Below, one piece after another: positions 55,718-64,000 of a stretch of DNA of 64,000 bases. Made by a program: the position numbers and the translations under genes. The notes beneath the pieces are model-generated. The model was not told the origin of the DNA and did no database searches. It worked only from the letters and a program-made list of their open reading frames with translations. The first letter of the stretch is position 1, and every line of letters starts with the position of its first letter. Origin of the DNA: Paraspadella gotoi (Eukaryota; Animalia; Chaetognatha); contig CM119263.1 in NCBI GenBank assembly GCA_051294375.1, positions 3,858,940-3,922,939 of the forward strand, given 5' to 3'.

Positions 55718-58700
55718 CTAACGACGACTCACCAGACTCGTACCTCCTTCATGTGGTGGACGCCAGCGACGGCCGCCACTGGTTGGTAGACGGCGGAGCT
55801 CTACTCTCGCTCATCCCGCCAACCCCGGAGCAACGAGCGGCGGGTCCAACGGGAGCGCAGCTGCAGGCGGCGAACGGTAGCCCGATCGCATGCTATGGTA
55901 TCGCACATCGACGAATAACTCTCGGCCCAAGAATCTTTCCGTTTGACGTGTTAATCGCGGACGTGACGCAAAGTATACTCGGAGCCGACTTTCTTGCCGA
56001 GTATTATCTCGCACCGAACCATCGCGATGGCATACTATTGGACCTTCGAGACTACTCGACCATACCCTGCGCTGTTACCCGTGGAACTGCCCCTACTCAC
56101 GTCAACTTCGTCGATCAAAAGGAGAATATATACTACCAACTCCTCGACAAATATCCATCTCTCTCGAAGCCAAGTTTTGAGCTCAAGGAGCCCAAACACG
56201 GAGTGCGTCACCACATACCAACAGACGGACGCCCGTGCCAGGCCAGGGCCCGCCGCTTGGATCCTGAAAAGCTAGCGGTGGCCAAAGCGGAACTCGAGAA
56301 AATGGTGGCGCTCGGCATTGCAAAAAGATCCAAAAGCGCCTGGTCGTCGCCCATTCTCTGTGTACCAAAATCTGACGGAGGATGGCGAGTTTGTGGCGAC
56401 TTTAGACGCCTCAACGCAATGACGAAGGACGACAGGTACCCAGTGAAGTTGCTTGCCGACTTCAACGCGCAACTCGCTGGGAAGAAAATCTTCTCCAAGA
56501 TCGATTTACTGAAGGGATATCATCAGATCCCGGTAGCGGACGAAGACGTTGCCAAGACGGCCGTCATCACGCCCTTCGGTTTATTCGTCTTCCTCAGGAC
56601 ACCGTTCGGCCTTAAAAACGCCGGACAAGACTTTCAGAGGATGATGGATGAAATTCTTGGCGAAGTCCCACACACCTATGTGTACTTGGACGACATCCTC
56701 GTCGCCAGTGACGACGAGGAACAACACGTTCACGACCTCGAACAGGTTTTCAGCGCTCTTGCGAACAACGGGTTAGTCGTCAACCGAAAAAAATGTGAAT
56801 TGGGAAAAAAATCATTGGAGTTCTTGGGATATCTAGTCGACGCATCCGGCGTCAAGCCACTTCCGAAGAAGGTTGACGCAATTCGCGCCACAAACCCGCC
56901 GACAACCATCAAGGAACTCCAGCGGTTTTTGGGAATGGTGAACTATTACCGTCGCTTCCTTCCCAAAGCCGCCCATCATGCAGCCGCCCTTTACGATGCA
57001 TTGGCAGGCAAACCCAAGCAACTTGTCTGGACAGAGGCCTGCGCAACCGCTTTCGATGCAGTAAAGGAAGCCCTAGCAAACGCCGCGCTACTTCGACACC
57101 CTCGTACCAACGCCCAACTCTCCCTTACGACGGATGCCTCCGACATCGCCGTCGGCGCCGTCTTGGAGCAGCGTAGCGGCGAGGGATGGGAGCCGCTAGC
57201 GTTTTTCTCGGCCAAACTGGACGACGCCCAACGGAAATGGCCGCCGTTCGATCGAGAACTCTATGGCGCGTTTAGAGCGGTGCGCCACTTCCGCCACTGG
57301 CTAGAGGGCCGGTCATTTACGTTGTATACCGACCACCAGTCCCTCATTCACGCCCTTCACAAACGATCGGAACCACAGACCACTCGACATAACTTCCAAC
57401 TTTCAGTGATCTCTGAGTTCACGACGGACATCCGCCACGTGCGTGGAAAGGCCAACGTCGTGGCAGACGCCCTCTCCCGACCCAACCCGCCACCCTCAGT
57501 CGCCACAGTCGATAAACCCGTCCCCAACGAAAAAGTCGAGGACTTAATCGGCACAGTGAATGCGATTGGGCAGGAAGGCATAGATCTGGAGGAGATGGCG
57601 CGCCACCAAGCTCTTGACAGAGATTATCAGCGCCTCGCCAGCGACGCCAGGACCGGCCTGAGCTTTCGAAAAGTCCGACTCGGCGAACAAGATCTGCTCG
57701 TCGACGTGTCAAACGGCCCTGCTCGTCCCTTTGTGCCGGAAGCATGGCGTCGACGGATTTTCGACGCCGTTCATGGCCTCGGCCACCCAGGCGTCGCCAG
57801 AACGAGGGAAACCATCTCGTCAAAATTTGTTTGGCCATCGATACGCGCGGACACGACACGCTGGGCGAGGGAGTGTATTCCTTGTCAGCAAGCGAAAGTG
57901 ACGCGCCACATCACCCCCAACATCGGCGAGTTCGACGTCCCCGCTCGGCGCTTTCAACACCTAAACGTCGACATAACTATCATGCCCGCGTCAAACGGCT
58001 ACGGTTATCTGCTAACCATCGTCGACCGTTTTTCGAGATGGCCGACAGCATTACCCATGAAGGACATGTCTTCAACCACCGTGGTCGACACACTCGTCCA
58101 CGGTTGGATAGCGACCTTCGGACTCCCTTCGGACATAACCACGGACAGAGGCGCCCAGTTTAATTCGTCGACATGGACACAACTCGCTCAATCATGGGGC
58201 ATACGACATCATCAAACCGCAGCATATCATCCGCAAGCTAACGGCATGGTGGAGCGCTTTCACCGTCGACTCAAGGAGGCGCTAATCGCCCTCGCCGTCA
58301 ACGAGCCTCATCAATGGTTCTGGCGCCTACCTTCGGCGCTACTCGCCATCCGGACGACTGTAAAACCAGACGTCGGCGCTTCTCCGGCCGATCTCGTCTT
58401 CGGAGAAGGGTTGACAGTCCCCGGCGATCTGCTCCCTCCAGCTCCTCCCGACGAGCAGCTTCACGATCAGCGACGCATCCTGCGGAACAATCTACGCCTC
58501 GAGGTCGAACGTCTTCAGCCTATTGAAACATCAACACATCGATCTCCTAACGTTTATCTTCCCGAATCACTCGTGGATGCAACTCATGTCTTCATTCAAC
58601 GCCGCGGCGTCAAACCTCCCCTCACTGCGCCTTACCAGGGCCCATTCCGCGTCGTCTCGCGTGATAATCTGAACTTTCGCGTAGATATTCCTGGCCGAGG

Positions 58701-59250
58701 CGTTGAGACAGTAGCCATCGCGCGTATCAAACCAGCGACAGTATGGAGGGACGAAAATGACGACGAACGTTCATCCCAACCATCTCCTCCTCCTTCACCA
58801 CCTCCTCCGGGTCGACGCCCGGGTCCTCGAACCCGTCAACCTTCCCCTACGACCCGTGTCACTCGATCATCAACTCGAAACTCCAACACTCATCGTCAAG
58901 CTCCTCCAACTCGATTGGCTTCAATTACCGACTCCAATGAGGACGATAATGACGACGAAGGCGACGACGAACTCGCTGATTCTCTTCAGCGTCAACAAGC
59001 TCCACCGGAAGCCACCACGTCAGCGCCAGATCCCTCTCTCGAATCAGATTGCCACGTCAACCAAAACGAAGATTCACCGGCGACACCAGCGCCAACACTT
59101 CCGTTTGGCGCGCCCCAGCGATCGAATCAGCGCCGTCAGCAGCACCACGGAAGACGCCAGGCCACGCCCGAAACGGTTGCGCCAAAATCCGCGGCCAACT
59201 CTCAAAGGTCTCGCCTATCGCTCAGAGATAAACAATTCTCAACGTCCTGA
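55699..59250 (+). CDS. pol: Pol polyprotein (protease, RT, RNase H, integrase), probably entered by -1 frameshift
   Basis: LVDGGA and ILGADFL (PR); WRVCGDFRRLN, KIDLLKGYHQI, YLDDIL (RT); TDASDIAVGAVL, YTDHQSL, NVVADALSR (RH); H..GH...C..C, TTDRGAQF, NGMVERFH, YQGPF (IN); no stops in 1183 codons. Confidence 0.95.
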   Translation: MNAVPRSNDDSPDSYLLHVVDASDGRHWLVDGGALLSLIPPTPEQRAAGPTGAQLQAANGSPIACYGIAHRRITLGPRIFPFDVLIADVTQSILGADFLAEYYLAPNHRDGILLDLRDYSTIPCAVTRGTAPTHVNFVDQKENIYYQLLDKYPSLSKPSFELKEPKHGVRHHIPTDGRPCQARARRLDPEKLAVAKAELEKMVALGIAKRSKSAWSSPILCVPKSDGGWRVCGDFRRLNAMTKDDRYPVKLLADFNAQLAGKKIFSKIDLLKGYHQIPVADEDVAKTAVITPFGLFVFLRTPFGLKNAGQDFQRMMDEILGEVPHTYVYLDDILVASDDEEQHVHDLEQVFSALANNGLVVNRKKCELGKKSLEFLGYLVDASGVKPLPKKVDAIRATNPPTTIKELQRFLGMVNYYRRFLPKAAHHAAALYDALAGKPKQLVWTEACATAFDAVKEALANAALLRHPRTNAQLSLTTDASDIAVGAVLEQRSGEGWEPLAFFSAKLDDAQRKWPPFDRELYGAFRAVRHFRHWLEGRSFTLYTDHQSLIHALHKRSEPQTTRHNFQLSVISEFTTDIRHVRGKANVVADALSRPNPPPSVATVDKPVPNEKVEDLIGTVNAIGQEGIDLEEMARHQALDRDYQRLASDARTGLSFRKVRLGEQDLLVDVSNGPARPFVPEAWRRRIFDAVHGLGHPGVARTRETISSKFVWPSIRADTTRWARECIPCQQAKVTRHITPNIGEFDVPARRFQHLNVDITIMPASNGYGYLLTIVDRFSRWPTALPMKDMSSTTVVDTLVHGWIATFGLPSDITTDRGAQFNSSTWTQLAQSWGIRHHQTAAYHPQANGMVERFHRRLKEALIALAVNEPHQWFWRLPSALLAIRTTVKPDVGASPADLVFGEGLTVPGDLLPPAPPDEQLHDQRRILRNNLRLEVERLQPIETSTHRSPNVYLPESLVDATHVFIQRRGVKPPLTAPYQGPFRVVSRDNLNFRVDIPGRGVETVAIARIKPATVWRDENDDERSSQPSPPPSPPPPGRRPGPRTRQPSPTTRVTRSSTRNSNTHRQAPPTRLASITDSNEDDNDDEGDDELADSLQRQQAPPEATTSAPDPSLESDCHVNQNEDSPATPAPTLPFGAPQRSNQRRQQHHGRRQATPETVAPKSAANSQRSRLSLRDKQFSTS

Positions 59251-59360
59251 CTACAACGCAGTTCTCAGGCACCTACTACAACAAAATAAGCAATTAAGCC
59301 CAATCGTGAATTAGGTCAGCCCATTTCCTCGTTTTCCCCCGAAAACTCGTCTGGGGGGGA

Positions 59361-59929
59361 TGTAGATTCGATCCTGGAACTTACCCATTCACGAGTGAAG
59401 CCTCGGGCCGATGTCGCCACTCAGACATACTTGACTTTTTGTAACGGAGGATAACTTTATTGTTATATTAACTTATTTACTTTTTGTCTTTTTGTTTTGC
59501 CTTGGTAAACAAAGGAACATTATGTAGGTTTATAGAGGAATCGAGTGCTGTTCTTATTTGACATGTTCCTATAATTTGAAATCTTACTTTTAATCTTCTT
59601 CTTCACACGCAAACTCAGTAACAAATTTATTATTTACTGTTTGTTAATTGTTCATGCCATTGTTTTACTTATGGTCAATTATTAATTGATTGATTGATTC
59701 TATTATGTTGTATTGATTGTGGAATATCTATATGCTTTGATTATTTATTAAGGTTTTCATTTTAATGGAGAACGCAAACAAGTGGTTAGACGATTTTAGC
59801 CTGACGCCTGATGAACTAAATTAGGCCACGCGCGTAACGTCAGCGGTTACTAGTTCCGTTTCCGCCTATGGAGATATAAACTTTATCGAATTCAATCTTC
59901 GATGCTTGCGATCACGAACGCCATCTACA
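59361..59929 (+). repeat. 3' LTR (569 bp)
   Basis: Follows the PPT; colinear with the 5' LTR but with many 1-bp indels. Confidence 0.92.
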
Positions 59930-60420
59930 AGATAATATTCAAACTTATGAACTATCTTCAAGAACTTTTAAAACAAGGCGAAACATTATGAGAAAATTAA
60001 GGATATTGTGGAGTGATTGAGAGTGTCTGGCAGTAATGAAGGTTTAGGGAAATCAAACCAAGGTGAAAAAAAAACAAGACTGACATAAAATGAAATCTTG
60101 ACAAGACTCAGTACATTATCAATTATAAAGAAGAATTAGGAGCAAATAGTGGGACGAATTTAATTTTATTTCGGTTTGTACAATATTCAATTTTTTTTTT
60201 GTTAGAATTGTTAGAAAAATGTCATTTCACACGAGTGGTTTTGAAGATAATTTAAGAGGAATTACGAATTTAAAAAAAAAATGGAAAAATAATTGTGAAA
60301 AATTTATGGGGAAAAATGGAATCGAATATCATGTTTTGGTTTTTATAAGAATTAGAAAGACAGAACATGAACAAGCGGCTGTTAATGATTCAGGATAGAA
60401 TGAGGATTGATTTTTTTTTT

Positions 60421-61637
60421 TTAACTGGGCTGGGTCCTTATTTTTTCCAAGATACAATTCGTGTATGCGAAGGACGACACATTAGTTTGTTCAGATGTTA
60501 GGCAGTGCTCCGAGCACTTAATCTTATTGTTGACGAAGTCCTCTGGGGCCCCGGGGGAAAAAAAAAAAAAATTCCTCGGCTTGCGACAGTCGAGGAGACA
60601 AAAGACGGTTCTGATATCAACTTCTCGAGCTCTGTCTCTGGAACTCGATAATTCATTTATTAACATATTATTATTCATTATCATGTATATAATATTCACA
60701 CAGCTGTTCAGATTAGTAATCTTTTTGTTATGCGGTATACTATAACTTTATCGAAGATAAAAGTTAAAATAAAGAAATATTTAAACGATTAAATGAACAT
60801 TTTTGTTGAAAGTTGATTTCAGGGCTGCGAAACTTTTAAAACTTTACATACAAAGTACCAAACTAATCGTTTGCTTTAAAAAACGGGCATTGTCGGTAGT
60901 CTTACGTTTATCTGTCGTTCTCTCTCTCTTCATCGTCGTCTTCTCGTCTGCTCGCTCCTCGCTCTCTCTCTCTCTCTTCTCTCTCTCTCGTCTCTCTCTC
61001 TTCTCTCTCTTGGGCTCTCAACTTCTTCTTCTCGCAGCATGCTAGAGAAAACGGATCTCGAGACTTCTGCTTTTCGTCTGACGGTCGTCGTTGTCGTCGT
61101 CGTCGTTGATCGTCGTCGTGATCGGCCGCGTTCGGAGTCTGGCGGCCGCGAGCGGTGGTCGCTGGCCGCCAAGTTTTCGTCGATGAGTCGGGACGTGTCG
61201 TTCTTCGGTCGTCGGCTTCGTGTAGGCTTCTTGTCGGCCGGTCGTTTTGTCAGGGGACTGGAGTGAAAAGTTGCAATTTGATCATTATAGTTGTTAATTA
61301 ATTATAAATAATAAATATTTATTATTATTTTTCATACGGGACATTTTTATAAAATAAGTGTAAGGTTTTTTTTTTTATATAGCTTAGTCGTTTTTGATTG
61401 TTTTTATTTGAATTTTGGTGTTTATAAAGTAAAATAAAAGAACGACGAAGACGCCTTACAATGAGACTACGATAAGTAATACAACATATTATTGGTTATG
61501 ATGGTATTCAGGTCGCAAGTATGGAATCAAAACGAAGAGGGGCCTGTAGCTCACAGAGTCCTAGCGAAAGGATTCTCTTTCTTCGTGGAACATCGATCTT
61601 TGACCTTCGCGAAAGGACTGCGCTTCTCCGAAAACGC
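60421..61637 (-). CDS. 3' exons of an unidentified gene (acidic low-complexity region, KR-flanked motifs, terminal twin CX3C); error-rich copy
   Basis: Exons 61637-61555 (aag|, |gtgagc), 61257-60906 (cag|, |gtaag), 60637-~60421 (ttccag|). The frame is readable only by combining this copy with the one at 62540-63891. Confidence 0.45.
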
Positions 61638-62529
61638 CTTCAATTTAAAGTAACAAATAAAAAATTAAAGTTTTTATTTAACGTTGAAGCGAAATTCGAT
61701 CGGAACCATATACCAAAATATTTTTTTAATGTTAATTGATATTAAATTATAAATTCAACCACAAATCTCGAAAACGGTAGTTGCGCGTAATGGTATGATT
61801 TTTTAGTTTTGTCTATGTTGTTGTTGTCGTTGTCATTGTCATTGTCGTTGTGTCATTGTGGTTGTCGTCATTTGTCCCCGTATGTGTCATTGTCGTTGTC
61901 GTCATTAGTCGTTGTCGTAATTGTCGTTATTATCCTAGTCTTGTTGTTGTTAGTCCGCAGACGTCAAAGTCGGTTTAAGGCGCCGGAGTGAACCCATTTT
62001 TTCAGCGTCGCGCAGGAGATTCTAATTTTGGCGCCGGCTCGTTAGTGCGGGCGGTGGCGTGGGAGGCGGCGTCGGGCGGGGCGGCGCGTCGTGGCGACGG
62101 TGCAGCGGGTCAGCGGGACGTCGTGCGCGGGGGCGGCCTCGCGACAACCGTTTATCTTGGGTCTCGGACTGAGCTAGCTCCTTACCGTTCAGGGCTATTT
62201 ACATTTTTTAAATTTGTCTCTCTCTCTCTCTTTGTCTTCTCTCTGCTCTTTCTCTACTTCTCTTCTCATCTCTCTTCTTCTCTCTTCTCCTTCTCTGTCG
62301 ATCGTGCTCTTCTTCCTCCTCCACGTCCTTGTCCGCTTTCTACTCTCTCTCTGTCTCCGTTCAAATTTCGGGTTCTCCGTCTTCCTATCTTCTTTCTTCT
62401 CATCTCTCTCTCTCTCTCTTCTCTCCTTTNNNNNNNNNNNNNNNNNNNNNNNNNNNNNNNNNNNNNNNNNNNNNNNNNNNNNNNNNNNNNNNNNNNNNNN
62501 NNNNNNNNNNNNNNNNNNNNNNNNNNNNN

Positions 62530-64000
62530 TTTTTTTTTTTAAACTGGGCTGGGTCCTTATTTTTTCCAAGAGTACAATCTCGTGTAAGCGAAGGGACGAC
62601 ACATTAGTTGTTCAGATGTTTAAGGCAGTCGCTCTGACACTTACTCTCCTTGTTGACGAAGCCATCTTGCGGATCTCGCTTGCGACAGTCGAGGAGACAA
62701 AAGACGTGTTCTGATATCAGACTCTCGAGCTCCTCGTCTCCTGGAAATCGGATCATGTCATTTATTAACATTATCATTAATTCATTATCATTATATAATA
62801 TTCATAACGGCTGTTCAAGATTAGTAATCTTTTTGCATGGGTAAACATCAACTTAATCAGATTAAAAAGGAAAAAAAAAGAAATATTTANNNNNNNNNNN
62901 NNNNNNNNNNNNNNNNNNNNNNNNNNNNNNNNNNNNNNNNNNNNNNNNNNNNNNNNNNNNNNNNNNNNNNNNNNNNNNNNNNNNNNNNNNNNNNNNNNNN
63001 NNNNNNNNNNNNNNNNNNNNNNNNNNNNNNNNNNNNNNNNNNNNNNNNNNNNNNNNNNNNNNNNNNNNNNNNNNNNNNNNNNNNNNNNNNNNNNNNNNNN
63101 NNNNNNNNNNNNNNNNNNNNNNNNNNNNNNNNNNNNNNNNNNNNNNNNNNNNNNNNNNNNNNNNNNNNNNNNNNNNNNNNNNNNNNNNNNNNNNNNNNNN
63201 NNNNNNNNNNNNNNNNNNNNNGCAGCATCCTAGAGAAACCGGAATCTCGAGACTCTGCCTTTCGTCTGACGTCGTCGTTGTCGTCGTCGTCGTTGTCGTC
63301 GTCGTTGTCGGCCCCGCGTTTCGGAGTCTTGGCGGCCCCGAGCGGTGATCGCTTGGCCGCCAAGTTCTCGTCGATGAGTCGGGACGTGTCGTCTTCGTCG
63401 TCGGCTTCGTTGTAGGCTTCGTTGTCGGCCGGTCGTTTTGTCAGTGACCTGAGTTGAAAAGTTGCAATTTGATCATTAATAGTTGTTAATTAATTACTAA
63501 ATAATAAATATTTATTATTTATTTTTCATACGCCATTTTTATAAAATAAGTGTTAGGGTTTTTTTTTATAGCTTAGTCGTTTTTTATGTTTTTATTTGAA
63601 TTTTGGTTTATATAAATAANNNNNNNNNNNNNNNNNNNNNNNNNNNNNNNNNNNNNNNNNNNNNNNNNNNNNNNNNNNNNNNNNNNNNNNNNNNNNNNNN
63701 NNNNNNNNNNNNNNNNNNNNNNNNNNNNNNNNNNNNNNNNNNNNNNNNNNNNNNNNNNNNNNNNNNNNNNNNNNNNNNNNNNNNNNNNNNNNNNNNNNNN
63801 NNNNNNNNNNNNNNNNNNNNNNNNNNNNNNNNNNNNNNNNNNNNNNNCATCGATTTTGCCTTCGCGAAAGGACTGCGCTTCTCCGAACCGCCTTCAATTA
63901 AAGTAACAAATAAAAATATTAATTTTTTTTTTAAACGTTGAAACCGAAATTCGATCGGACCCATTACAAAAATATTTCTTTTTAATTTAATTGATATTAA
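62530..64000 (+). repeat. Gap-interrupted direct duplicate of ~60412-61746; probable redundant assembly
   Basis: Colinear matches (AACTGGGCTGGGTCCTTATTTTTTCCAAG, TCGATGAGTCGGGACGTGTCG, TTCGCGAAAGGACTGCGCTTCTCCG), separated by N gaps. Confidence 0.85.
62540..63891 (-). CDS. Second, cleaner copy of the unidentified minus-strand gene fragments
   Basis: 63891-63848 GSEKRSPFAKAKSM; 63448-63222 SLTKRPADNEAYNEADDEDDTSRLIDENLAAKRSPLGAAKTPKRGADND...ESRDSGFSRML; from 62740 DEELESLISEHVFCLLDCRKRDPQDGFVNKESKCQSDCLKHLNN. Confidence 0.45.

Larger units (their letters stand above)
53925..59929 (+). mobile_element. Full-length Ty3/Gypsy LTR retrotransposon, CsRn1 clade
   Basis: LTRs 53925-54518 and 59361-59929 (TGTAGAT...ATCTACA); PBS TGGTGATCCGCGACGT resembling the tRNA-Trp primer site; PPT CTGGGGGGGA at 59351-59360; flanks AGAC/AGAT (imperfect 4-bp TSD); Gag CHCC motif; domain order PR-RT-RH-IN. 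Confidence 0.95.

Overview
Eukaryotic (animal, probably invertebrate) draft-assembly window: AT-rich, microsatellite-rich, with N gaps and frequent 1-bp indels. All gene models were built by hand from GT-AG junctions and reading-phase checks. In order it holds: (1) the 3' part of a PRDM13-type zinc-finger gene (+); (2) a large class VI POU gene (POU6F/pdm3-like, +, ~7.2-30.8 kb) whose introns carry three extra same-strand coding segments, a foldback MITE with an 8-bp TSD, a TTAGGG-containing minisatellite and an antisense tandem tRNA-Asp array; its 3' end also occurs as a gap-bounded inverted copy that is probably an assembly artefact; (3) a 14-exon pancreatic-lipase-like gene (-); (4) a GPR83-like GPCR (+); (5) a full-length CsRn1-clade Ty3/Gypsy LTR retrotransposon with a GGGAAAC -1 frameshift signal; (6) the 3' end of an unidentified minus-strand gene, present twice across gaps. 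The best leads are phase-consistent alternative 3' exons that would give POU-less isoforms, two hairpin-rich non-coding elements, tandem repeats built from splice-site sequence, and the unknown gene next to the GPCR.
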